Origin: Oopsacas minuta
Taxonomy: Eukaryota; Animalia; Porifera
Reading direction: 5' to 3'
Length of the DNA: 64,000 nt
NCBI GenBank assembly: GCA_024704765.1
Contig: JAKMXF010000022.1
Span: 883,055-947,054, forward strand
The notes below the pieces were generated by a model. It worked only from the letters and a program-made list of their open reading frames with translations, searched no databases and had not been told where the DNA came from. Positions 23,024 to 34,939 of the stretch are shown here, piece by piece (position 1 is the first letter of the stretch; every line of letters starts with the position of its first letter). A program made the position numbers and the translations under genes.

Positions 23024-23504
23024 CGAGCGCGCTTCGCTTGCTCGCGCTACGCGGTCGCGACTCGGGCCTACGGCCCTCGAGTACATAAACTTAACCGTAG
23101 CAAACATGGTACTGCCATAATCTTTAAATATGCTTACTTTATGTAACTAAAAGTAAACAAATATTCGCAAAATGTTTACAATATCATATTTGGACTCAGC
23201 ATACTCGATTACCTCACTATAACCATTGTAAGCATGTTTCTACCACAATTTTGAAATCGTTTACATTACATTAATAAAAACAACAATAAATTTACATATG
23301 ATTCATCCAAAGTATGAAAATCGGATTCAGCATGTTCGAAATATTTACTGAAGTTTATTGAATTCTATTTACTTCCTTGATAAACACGATAGGTACATAG
23401 TTCTGCGACAATTTCAAAATTGCACTGTAAATACTTTCCTTGACAACGGACAAAAACAAACAAACAAACAGACAAACAATAATTGAGATTTAAAATAATA
23501 TGGA
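23024..23504 (-). mobile_element. Non-autonomous Helitron-like element
   Basis: Minus-strand 5' end A|TCCATATT..., (TTTG/TCTG)n subterminal microsatellite, internal unit shared with 29990-30330, 34940-36620 and 50402-50720, 3' hairpins ending GCGAAGCGCGCTCG|T; A|T target and no TSD. Confidence 0.65.
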
Positions 23505-23508
23505 TTAC

Positions 23509-24261
<753 letters not shown>

Positions 24262-24885
24262 TTATATACTCGATGTGATGGTAGTATATACGTTGTTTGT
24301 CTAATTGGACAGGACGTAATACGAAATACAGTGGAATAGGGTCTCCCAAAAAAAACGAATTTTTGAAAAGTCACGTCATAAATATCTGAAATTTTTTCCA
24401 CGATCATTTCATGACGCATAGAAACTGTATAGGGTCTCCAAAAAACTATTAAAAAATTGTATATTACTCACTTTTTCGTTTAACAAAGTTCACTGTATAA
24501 AGTTTACTGGACTACTCAATAGTGGCTGATTTCGAATTCGGTTGTTTATAGTTGCTATTATAAAACAAGCTCTATACCATTGCAAGTATAATACATAGTA
24601 AGCCAGATGACCACTAGTAAAATAGTACACCTATCGGAATTCAGAAATCACCAATTAAATGCACCAATAAGAGCAAATTTACCGACAGGCGACAGTACAC
24701 GAATAGTACATCCTTACAGGCAGACGAGTAGCCAGGGTGCGGAATATGGGTCACATACCGCAAGACGGAAACTAATACATATCGGATATAATACATACTT
24801 ATCAAGAACTTTGTGATCGATAACGGATAACAGTCAACAATATAGAAATCTCGATACACTTTGCTACAACTAAACCTTATAATTT

Positions 24886-26481
24886 TTATGCGAGCTTCTG
24901 TTTTGCCTCTTCAGCTAGAATTCTAGATATGATGAGTCTCTGAATCTGAGAGGTTCCTTCATATATTTGGTATATCTTAGCATCTCTCATTAACTTCTCT
25001 ACTGGGTAATCAGAATTAAAACCATTTCCTCCAAATACTTGAACAGCATCTGATGCAGATTTATTAGCTACATCAGATGCAATAGCTTTAGCAATAGAAG
25101 CGTAATAAGTGTTCTTACGTCCCTGGTCTATCTCCCAGGCAGCTCTGTAAGTAATCAGACGAGAAGTCTCAATACCTAAAATCGTATTTCTCAATTCTTT
25201 AAATTCATTAAAATTTACATAAAGAATATTTTAATTGTATAACTGAGTGATTTCCTAATCTGTTGAAATATTTATGAGTCTACAAGTATTTGTACAGTCG
25301 AATCTTTGATTGTCCCGGAAAATGCAAGAGAAAAGAGGTCTACAAAAAGATAGTCCTTACGAAATACAACACATACCAATAGCCATATCTGCTAACATGA
25401 ACGAAATAGCTTGATGATTGATTATAGGAACACCCATTGTCTTCCTCTCCATAGAGTAACGAGTAGCCTCATCTAGAGCTCTTGCGGCTAGGCCAAGAGC
25501 ACCTGAAGCAACAGCTGGTCGGGTACGATCAAACGCACCCATAGCAATCAAAAATCCTTTACCAGGTTCACCTATCAAATATTAAAATATTAATAATTTA
25601 AAATATTATTAGTATAGAATTATTAAATAGCTGAACTGACCTAACACATTATCACTAGGAACAACTACATCCTCAAATGTAATCCCTCTAGTATCAGAAC
25701 ACCTCTGTCCCATATTCCATTCCTTCCTTCCAATAGTAACTCCTGGAGAATCTGCGTCTAGTATAAATCCTGTAAAAGCTTTTGATGCCTTCTTCTCTGT
25801 GGGATCAGATCTAGCTAGGAGGAAGTACCAATTAGCTTTACCACCATTAGTTATCCACATTTTAGACCCGTTAATAACCCAGCTGTCTCCCTTCTTCTCA
25901 GCTCGTGTCTTGATCCCAGCTACGTCAGAACCAGCTCCAGGTTCTGTAACACAGTAGGCAGCTATTAATGGTTCTTCAGTCATTCTACCGAGATACTTCT
26001 TCTTCTGCTCTTCATTCCCTGCTATTATAACAGGCATCTCTGCTAGCCCATTAGCCAGTATAGCTGTAGACATGCCTAATAGATTGCAGAATAATAAACA
26101 CCAACTACATTATACTTGATAACATACGAACATACCTGTACATCCGAATGAGAGAGCTTCTCCTACAAGAACTGAGTCTAAATTCTGTAAACCTAACCCT
26201 CCATACTTCTCAGGAATATCTGTATTAACCAGTCCTACCTCCCATGCCTTCTCAATAATCTCTAACGGGTATTCTCCTGTTCTGTCATAATGAGCTGCAT
26301 TAGGGATAATATGATCTTTTGTAAAGTTAGTTGCTAGTTCCTGGTAAGATCTCTGGTCAGCTGTTAACTCGAAACTAAACGCACGGTTTACAGATGATGT
26401 GTGTATTGATCGGAGTGTAGTCAGAAGAGGGAGGGGATTGACACATGTTAGACCCTTCAATTTAGTGACAAATGATATCAT
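24886..26481 (-). CDS. ACADM: Medium-chain acyl-CoA dehydrogenase, mitochondrial (421 aa)
   Basis: Exons 26136-26481, 25641-26075, 25377-25571, 24886-25175 with GT-AG borders sum to 1266 nt in frame; motifs [42 protein letters not shown]. Confidence 0.95.
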
Positions 26482-26751
26482 ATCTAATCAACTGAACCAT
26501 GGATAATATTTTTAACTACATTAGATCGGTTCCCAACCCTCTTCACCAATGGACCTCATACGGCCATACCAATTTTAACACACTCTATGGACCCCTCCCA
26601 TAGGCTGCAATACAAATTATGGAGATATCGCTGAAATATTTCGAGAAACTTTAAATTATTACCATATAATTAACTAGATAAAGATCATACAAATTAATAT
26701 GAAATATCTACTCATCCACATTGCTAAGTACCTAATGCGTTGCTAAGTAGG

Positions 26752-27108
26752 CTATTCAGCTATAGTGACCTCAACCTCTACACCTGGTTCAATATTGATA
26801 GAAGTTATCTGTTTTACAATTTCAGATGGACTGTGTAGATCTATCAACCTCTTATGGATCCGCATTTCAAATCGGTCCCAAGTTTTTGAGCCCTCTCCGC
26901 AAGGGGTTTTGCGAGTGGTTATCCTAAGAAACTTAGTCGGCATACGGACGGGTCCTTTCACCTTCAGATCCTTTTTCTTAGCCTCTGTCACCAGATTGAA
27001 ACACACCTTCTCTAAACTCCTCACGTTACGACTAGTGAGAGTTATACGGATCTTGTGATCCGCTGCTTCTTCAGGGAGGCCTTTTCCTTCTTTGAAATCT
27101 TTAGCCAT
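26752..27108 (-). CDS. RPS20: 40S ribosomal protein S20 (uS10), intronless
   Basis: [54 protein letters not shown]. Confidence 0.98.
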   Translation of the reverse strand: MAKDFKEGKGLPEEAADHKIRITLTSRNVRSLEKVCFNLVTEAKKKDLKVKGPVRMPTKFLRITTRKTPCGEGSKTWDRFEMRIHKRLIDLHSPSEIVKQITSINIEPGVEVEVTIAE

Positions 27109-27671
27109 TATCTTTCTCCAGCAAGTATGGTAATATTATTTCTAAAATGATACAAAAAATTAATACATATATACAACACAGTATCGTATGGATAGAAGTA
27201 CGTATACTTGTGAATTGTGCTAGAGATTTCTAAGGCGTAATTCAATATCTTAAGCTGTTAACTACATAAAGTTCAGTAAACTCTCATTTTAAAATGGAAC
27301 GTGGTTCTGAAACATTCAGTATACGTAATCAAATACCATTATTAAAATTGATCTGTTTCTCGCAAAGCGCTTCATTTAACGCGCTAAGAAGTTAATGACG
27401 TAAGGAGAGGATGTGGAATGCAATGTATTACAAAATAGCTGACATAGGGAGGAGAGGGGTCCAAACTTCTGAGTTACGCAATGTTTTAACAGCCCCTTAT
27501 ATATTATATTATATTATAACCACTAATGTTATATTAATTAGATAATTCTTCGCGATACAATAAAATAATCCAGCGTTATAAATCTTATAGGACATAATAC
27601 ATACACCTCACATAATATCGTGCACATCTAGTGCTATAATAGCTCGAATGATAACAGAACCAGGTGGCTAG

Positions 27672-29012
27672 CTAATTAGGAGCAATTCTGAACACATACG
27701 AATCACTGTGAGTAACATTTCTAACCCAGCGCTGAGGCTGTAAGGCTCTCCGAGGATCAAATACCTTAAGATTACGTATTTCTAGACGAGAAGCCAGATA
27801 GCTTGGGACTTCAAATTCAACTCCCATTGGTCCTATTTCTTTTTTAGTAGATTTGTTCATTTCCGGAATATTCATTTTAATTTTAATCGCTTGCTCTCCA
27901 CCACTATCTAATCTCTTCATGTGCCATATAACAACTTTCTTTGAAGTCTTAAATTCCGCAGTTTGCATACTTCCTCCTATTTCAAACGAAACAGCTGATG
28001 TTGAATTTGGCATTGGTATCGTGGCAATGATATTGCATGCATGGTATGCAGCTGGGAGAGTAGAATTGAGTCTTAGAGTTAAATGAAGATATCTATTATC
28101 AATTTCCTCAAACAATGTATACAATTTGAGAATACAGGCGCTAGTAGCATCTGCTGTAATCCGATAGTTCATAGCTATAAACTCCCCATCTGGCGCCTGA
28201 ATTGACAGCTGTTTATGATCTTCAAAGTTACTTAACAGTACACTTTCGTGAAATGAACAATAGTCTAGAATGATAGAGCTATACACAGGAGCATATCTAT
28301 CAGGACGTCCTACTACCAGATCTTCATTCAATCCCATACAAATCTCAGCTGTTCCACTCAAATAACTCTTCACCTGAATAACTCCATTAATCTCTGATCG
28401 GATCAGTTCTCCTGTTACACCTATCAATACAGTTAGACGCTCTAACAAATCAATATACACTTCATTCTTCCTGTCTTTAGCTACTGGACCTACCAAGGCT
28501 AATGGCTTAGCAGATGCTACACTTGATTGTATACGTTTCTTCGGTTCAAAGCTAACTACTCTGTCCAGAGAGTCAAATATAGATTGTTCAGTTGGTATTT
28601 CAATGGCCTGATTGTAGATATATGTTTTGAGAAGCTCAGTTGATGTTCCTTGGATATAACCGAAATCTAACACCTCGTCAAGCAGCTCATATACCAACAC
28701 AAAGTTGAGTCTGAGGGATTCCTCATTTAGAACACCACAATAATCCTTCAGAAGAACTGTAAAGCGATTTATCATCTCAAACACCAGGGATGGAGAAGTA
28801 TTAAATTTAGTAGTACATACAAAATATAATCCATTCTTCTTCATCCACAGGAAAGAATATCCACCTGCATCTATCACAGGTTGGATAGAATCACGAGAGT
28901 CCTTAATAAGATCAAAGAAAAGTTCTGGAATATTCCCTGGGATGTCATCTCTGTACTGTTTTATTGCAATGACGTCACCACGAGGAGAACATATGAATAA
29001 GTGACTGATCAT
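27672..29012 (-). CDS. AP4M1: AP-4 complex subunit mu, intronless
   Basis: MISHLFICSPRGD start, NFVLVYELLDEVLDFGYIQ, KNEVYIDLLERL, C-terminal mu-homology domain ending RWVRNVTHSDSYVFR. Confidence 0.88.
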   Translation of the reverse strand: MISHLFICSPRGDVIAIKQYRDDIPGNIPELFFDLIKDSRDSIQPVIDAGGYSFLWMKKNGLYFVCTTKFNTSPSLVFEMINRFTVLLKDYCGVLNEESLRLNFVLVYELLDEVLDFGYIQGTSTELLKTYIYNQAIEIPTEQSIFDSLDRVVSFEPKKRIQSSVASAKPLALVGPVAKDRKNEVYIDLLERLTVLIGVTGELIRSEINGVIQVKSYLSGTAEICMGLNEDLVVGRPDRYAPVYSSIILDYCSFHESVLLSNFEDHKQLSIQAPDGEFIAMNYRITADATSACILKLYTLFEEIDNRYLHLTLRLNSTLPAAYHACNIIATIPMPNSTSAVSFEIGGSMQTAEFKTSKKVVIWHMKRLDSGGEQAIKIKMNIPEMNKSTKKEIGPMGVEFEVPSYLASRLEIRNLKVFDPRRALQPQRWVRNVTHSDSYVFRIAPN

Positions 29013-29287
29013 AGAGGCAGTTTTCTAAATAAAATTAATTACACGTATAAATTAGGGCTTCTTAAATAGAGGCACGCGCACTCGATAATCGCAAGTGTTA
29101 CGAAACAGGTCTATTATAATTCCAGGGCCACCAACCCCCTAATGACCAAAAAGCGGGAGGTATTTTATGAAACAGCGGCGGGAGGTTTGTTTGAATGGTT
29201 GTTTACATGTTTACTTCAATACTTGAAAACTATAGTTACAAATCGTCTTATTGGCTAAAATATTGTGCTAGTTTCATATCGTTATCT

Positions 29288-29430
29288 TAATATTGTGTGT
29301 TGAACATGAACAGATGGAGTATCCAATGCGCTGAAACTATACGATGGCAAAATTATCCAAATTTCAGCTGATGTACTTTTCAAAAGAAATAAATTGAAAA
29401 AGCGGGAGATTTGAGGGCTTGGCGTGAGAA
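29288..29430. repeat. Dispersed repeat, copy 1 (copy 2 at about 32455-32580)
   Basis: Shared text aatattgtgtgttgaacatg...gagtatccaatgc...ttcaaaagaaata...agcgggagatttgagg; repeated GCGGGAG motifs suggest a DNA-transposon subterminal region. Confidence 0.65.
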
Positions 29431-29640
29431 TAAACCAAAAATCGGGTTGGAAGACCTCTAATATCTAGGAACAAATTGCAAGATCTAGGAGATATCTCAA
29501 AACTCCCTGAGATAGGTGTCAAAATGTCTTTACCTCTCAGATATTAGAGTTAACCCCTATGTTATTTTGAACGCAATATATGACGTAATAGTCGCAATAG
29601 TACCATTTGCTGGGACAACAATCACTTCCTAGGTGTCATA

Positions 29641-29653
29641 GTTACCTAGCAAC
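29641..29653. promoter_or_regulatory. RFX X-box consensus match
   Basis: GTTACC-T-AGCAAC fits GTNRCC(N0-3)RGYAAC; lies about 630 bp upstream of AP4M1; function untested. Confidence 0.35.
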
Positions 29654-29989
29654 CTAGGCATGAATTTGGTATGCAACTCAGCGAGAGAGATAATTATGTT
29701 ATCATTAATTCTATATGCAAACTATTCTGTAAGTCTAAAACTAAAGCAATACCAAATAATCTTTAAATTTTCAAACACAATGATTATTTTTTGTCCGAAT
29801 TGATTGAGGAACTGGTAAGAGATACAGACTTGAAATTTGGTACGGGGGGTGGGGAATGATGTTTCTAGAAACATTTTTAAATGTCTAATGAAATATTCAC
29901 ACCTTCTCACATAGATCATATTTGTTTGTTTTGTATATATATACATAGGGGAATAATACAAAAATTCAAAAGGTCTTAGAATCATACTT

Positions 29990-30330
29990 CTAAAGGCATA
30001 ATGGGGTATTCAAGTATGCTGAGTCCGAATATGATTTTTTGCATCATATGATCTATATTTGTTGTTATGTACATAAAGTAAACAAATTTCAAAAAGTTTA
30101 TATAGTTTTAACGGCTACAGAGGTAATTGAGCATGTGAAGTTCGAATATGATGATGTGAATAGCATTTCGTGAATATTCGACTTAGAGAGAGACTTTCAA
30201 AACATACATAGGGTACTTAATAATACATAACACAAATTATCGGTTGATTAGAAGTAACCTCTAGGCGCCCGAAGAGCGTCTATTGTGGACACGAAGTGCC
30301 CGCAATCGCATATCACAAGGAAGCGTAGCT
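29990..30330 (+). mobile_element. Helitron-like family fragment with GAA-loop hairpins
   Basis: ggggtattcaagtatgctgagtccgaatatg unit shared with 36280-36560; hairpins taggcgc-ccgaaga-gcgtcta and ggacac-gaa-gtgccc near 30260-30302. Confidence 0.5.
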
Positions 30331-30339
30331 TAGTTGTTA

Positions 30340-31622
30340 CTAATAATAAGCTAACACAACAAATAAAGCAGAGAATATTTGCAAGCAATCAGCTGATCGA
30401 GAAATACAAACTAGCTTTGAGTTATTGGCTATTAAAATGCCAGTAGGGTAGGTATGTCGTATCCAATGTAGGAGGTCACCTTCTGGTGAGAATACTTTAA
30501 TTTTATCCCCAGGGTAGTCGCTAATGATAATGTTATTGTGTCCGTCAACACAAAAGAAGTTTGCTGCTGTAACTTGCATTCCTTCGCCTCTGGTAACAAA
30601 GGAGCGGGACTTCTCTCCTGATAGAGTAAACACGTGCATACACGGATTGTCATCAGCGCTCAACACAAACATTTCATTGTTTGAGAACTTTATATCCATG
30701 GGGTTAGTCATAGTTTGGTGTTGTAACGAGTCTTTAAATTCCAGATTAGTTGTTAGGATTTGGAGTCTGTTGTTGTTTCTATCTGGAACATAAATGTGTT
30801 GATTAGGAGAGATGGCAGGCTGTAAAGGATTATTGAACTCTCTACTACCAGATCCTCTTTTACCTACTCGCTTTATCATTGTTAGGTCTGGTAGCTTAAA
30901 TAGGAGGATACCCTGATGTTCTATGTCCGTGACATATATCTTGTCCTCATGGATTAGGATACCCCATGGCTTAGCCAGGTGTCTATCTCCAAATAAGTTG
31001 AGATGGTGTCCTGCCTGGGAGAATATTTTGATGCAATTGTTGTCCATATCTGTCACATAAATGTGTCCAGATTCAGGTTCAATTGTGACACCTTTTGGAC
31101 TGTTGAACTCCCCAGGAGCAATTCCTCGTTTCCCAACAGCAACAATGGGCAGTTGGAATGCAGCGTAGTTAGGGATTGCTGGCATACGAGGGTGGGGTTG
31201 GGAGGGATCTCGTGTTGGGTAATTTCTCCCACAAGAGCGATGCGTTCCTCGAGGTAATGAGTGTCACACAAGAACCTCGGTTCTTGGAGTAGTGGTGCAT
31301 TGAGGTGGAGTTCTGCCAGTTTAGCCTCCGTCTCTGCCACCATTCTATTTTGCATTGTATGCAGCTTGTTATGCTTTATTTGGCCTTCAACGAATTGCCG
31401 AATTTGAACAAGTTCCTCCTCCATTTCCTGACGAGCCACCAGTTCCGCTCTCATCTCTTCGCGTCTGTCCCTTAACATGGCTAAGAGATGGCCTCGTCTC
31501 TGATTGAGGAGGAAAATCAACTTGTCTATGGACTGATTTATTTTGATCGCTATGGGATCAATATCTTCGAGTGGTTCAGGCAGGTGTGCCACTCCGATGG
31601 TTTCTGGGAATTGTGTCACCAT
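30340..31622 (-). pseudogene. Coiled-coil + NHL-repeat (TRIM-NHL-like) protein with one frameshift
   Basis: ORF 31053-31739 (ATG 31622, coiled coil) and ORF 30340-31185 (NHL repeats: GEFNSPKGV, LAKPWGI, FNNPLQPA) join by adding one base in the C-rich tract near 31190-31205. Confidence 0.7.
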
Positions 31623-31992
31623 GATTTCTTTAATTATTTGTTTGTCTGTTTGAAATTGTTTATATTTTGTTCTCAAATACACAGAATTTATAGTTTCTAT
31701 TGAATGAATATTCTCAATAGAAAACTGCTGAATTGTCACAATTATTATATTAGAATTATTATTCTTAGTGGTTGTGTTGTGCTACCAAATTGTCTTTTGT
31801 GAATAACAAAGTACGTGAATGGTTGCTATGGTTATTTCTAATGAATTAGGAATGTTTCTTGGTAATGCACGTGTAATTTTTCATAATTAATTATTCGTTA
31901 GTCTGAGAAATGGTTTGTGGCAATTATTATTCAAATTGTTGCTATTGAGGTAATGACCTAGAAAAACTAGCACAATTTCTAGCCATTAAGAC

Positions 31993-32262
31993 TAGGGTGA
32001 CCATTGTCCAGTTTTTTGGGTCTATTTTGGCTTTGTCCAGTTTTTAAGCTGTCGAGTTCTTCACCTTAGCAAAACGCGTGACTCTATTTTCATCATTTTG
32101 GTGCGATTTTGGTTAGATTACTTCACAACATATACATCGTACGTTAACAAATACATGTGTATTGATAATTGTTGCTACATAACATACATAAATACAGACA
32201 TAAACTCATTCAATGGGATGTCCTGTTTGTGTGTCCAGTTTTTCTAACCCTTGCTCACCCTA
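31993..32262. mobile_element. hAT-type MITE
   Basis: TIR tagggtga...tcacccta; 8-bp flanks attaagac / attaagat (7/8 TSD match). Confidence 0.75.
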
Positions 32263-32771
32263 ATTAAGATAATATGTAACTACGGTTTTAATATTTCAAC
32301 TATTGAAGTAAGATACAGTGGGTAAATACACTAATAAGTTATGCAGTATTTATTCGAATAATAGCCCGCGATTGAGAGAGGCTGGCGGTGGTTTCGAATA
32401 TACGTATGTTGCAATGATTAGAAATTACAAATTATCGTGAAAACATAATAACTAAATATTGTGTGTTGAACATGGGACAAATGGAGTATCCAATGCACTA
32501 TAATCTTATGAGCAAAAATTTTTCAAAAGAAATAATTTGAAAGAGCGGGAGATTTGAGGAGATAGGGTGAGAGCGGGAGAATAATCCTTAAGTGATTATT
32601 CACACAATATATTGGATTGTGTCCAATTTCGCAATCAAATACGAATGGAACTCTACCTAACTAATTAGAATCCCAGCAGGCATAAATCAATAAACAATTT
32701 ATTAAATAATATCTCCTTTCTCATGCAGCTGAAAATTAATAATTATATCTAAAAATCTTCCTGAGCTGTAA

Positions 32772-33719
32772 TTATAGCACTAGTGCTTCCATGTAAGTTG
32801 AGAAAATAAGATTAGTATCAACAGCTGGTGCAATAGATTTGACGTAATCAATTGCTTTGTGTACAGTGCATCCACGTGATGCTACCAACCAAGATATTAA
32901 AATAGAAGCGGAACGACTCCTCCCTTCAAATAAAACCAGCACTGAGCTTTGAGGAGAAATAATTGCTGAGTTAATAAATTCATGACATCCCCTCCAGAGT
33001 TGTATTACATTATTTTCAGCAAAATCTTCCATTTCTATATTGAGTACTTGAATCTTAGAAACTAAATCAAATCCTATCTGAGTAATTAGCTTTTGGTATT
33101 TATCAGTGCTTAAAATGAGATGAGTTATCCCTAAGTCCTTCAAAGAGTTGGGTAAGTTCATAGGTCGTGATCCCATGTATACTTGGTCCGCTATTTCATG
33201 AGGTAAGGGATATAGATCCATGATACTAGAGAGGTGGCAAAGGAATGGGTATTTAACTTGGAAAGAGGAATAACCGCCTTCTAATACCCAAACAGCTGAA
33301 GTGCGATTCACAATCTGGTCTATGAACTTCTCAAATTGTGTTCGTTTACTTGTGTAATCAGCAGTTTGAGTAGTTTCAGGGATGTGTAGAGTGAGTTGAG
33401 TTTTAATATGCTTCAGATGTTGCAATCTCTCCACCATCCAACTTATAGCCTCATTACATATAGATGTTTCATCTCCGTACAGAACAACAGGGGAGAAATT
33501 CTCTGCAGGCAACAGACCAGATTCGAGATGTGAGTGAATGAAACTAGCTAGAATTTGGGTTCTATCTTCGTTTGATTTAGGGAGGTTATCACAGGGGAAA
33601 TTAAATGCTGAACATATATGACCTTCTTTAAATGCTTTCTCCTGTCTTAAGTCAATAAGCCAATAAAATTCGAAAATTGGAAGGTTGAAAATGTCACGAG
33701 GTGTAACTCTACTCTCCAT
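32772..33719 (-). CDS. Rhodanese + dual-specificity phosphatase-fold pseudophosphatase (STYXL1/MK-STYX-like), intronless
   Basis: LIDLR..F.EGHI, VWVLEGGYSSF, PHEIADQVYMGS; catalytic loop reads VLVLFEGRSRS with no His-Cys. Confidence 0.75.
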   Translation of the reverse strand: MESRVTPRDIFNLPIFEFYWLIDLRQEKAFKEGHICSAFNFPCDNLPKSNEDRTQILASFIHSHLESGLLPAENFSPVVLYGDETSICNEAISWMVERLQHLKHIKTQLTLHIPETTQTADYTSKRTQFEKFIDQIVNRTSAVWVLEGGYSSFQVKYPFLCHLSSIMDLYPLPHEIADQVYMGSRPMNLPNSLKDLGITHLILSTDKYQKLITQIGFDLVSKIQVLNIEMEDFAENNVIQLWRGCHEFINSAIISPQSSVLVLFEGRSRSASILISWLVASRGCTVHKAIDYVKSIAPAVDTNLIFSTYMEALVL

Positions 33720-34123
33720 CTCTGGTCTCTACTATAATAAATTAATACAATTTGGTACTCATCCAAAAGATTGTGGAAGGTGGAAACAATAATTCCATCT
33801 TATATTTGTACAGATCCAACGTCCAATCAAAATATTGATATTACATAAGAGGTGTTTATAAATTAATATAGTGTGTATTCAAGTTCACTAATAATATTTG
33901 AGTGCCGTATATCCTTTAATAGTAGCCGGGGGCGATTGTAATTTCAAACCTAACTCAGGGGGGTGATAATACCAATTTCGATACCTAGTATTCAATCAAC
34001 CTTTGAGAATGTTCCTAAACATGTTTTCACGGGAAATTAAAAATATCCTAAAATGAATTGACCTTAAGTCGGGGCTGTCTAGATACCATTTTCCGGGACT
34101 TTCTCGCAATCCGATTTACAATA

Positions 34124-34708
34124 TTACTGATGTATTCGGTTCTTTTGGCACCAAAGCGATAGATATTTGTCTACGTGAGTTAAATTCCTCTCATGGTCTC
34201 GTGTACTCAAATATTTGAGAGTAGAATAGCTGGTAGTTATGCCTAATACTTTTAATACCGCAGAGTAGATGCATCCTTCATTGAAACTCAGCACTGCAAA
34301 CGCACTGATGGCCCTTAGGGACTTAGATCCAATATGCTTGGATTTTGGCGCATTGTGCCAGAGCATATTATGAAGGGATTCATTGGCATTTTGCGTTATG
34401 TCTAGCGTGATGTTTTCGCAAAATCGAGGGAGCCAAATATCTCGAAGACTTCACGTGTTCTTATTATATCTGCAGGTGTCAAGTAGGCCTGATGTACCTC
34501 TGGAAGAGGCTGTGACTCGCCAGAGTTATGGAAGGTGAGTTTCTTTTGGTAATAACACCAAGTACCTTCTCAAGATGGGCAGGTGTTATGTTTCTCATCC
34601 AGGTGGCAAAGGAGAGCTCCAATATGCTTGAATTTGGTGCACTGGAGGCCTAGTTGATTTAGCCTCAGAGGAACTGGAAGACTGGTATGATTCTTCAGTT
34701 GAAGACAT
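34124..34708 (-). mobile_element. Degenerate Mutator-like (MULE) transposase relic
   Basis: Hand translation gives HNTCPS*EGTWCYYQ then TQNANESLHNMLWHNAPK...AVLSFNEG, motifs typical of animal Mutator-like transposases; contains a stop and a frameshift; TIRs not located. Confidence 0.7.
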
Positions 34709-34939
34709 ATTAGCCAACAATTCAAAAATTCGTGATTGTGAATATTTTGCTAAATAATGTAAATAAATGTTGTAATTATACCGTTCAAAATCAATCAAAA
34801 ACTACATCATAACAACCATTGCGATGTTGTGGTATTTCCATTTGGCTTCTTCATTTTCATGTCGAATATATATGCATATACATATACAGAGGAGTTATTC
34901 TCAGGACCCTAGGGTCCTAGATAAAATTTTCCTACAACA

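Noticed and set aside
24330-24450. Direct repeat tagggtctcc(c)aaaaaa upstream of DPM1
   Set aside because: Probably a decayed Tc1-like MITE fragment; ends and TSD could not be defined.
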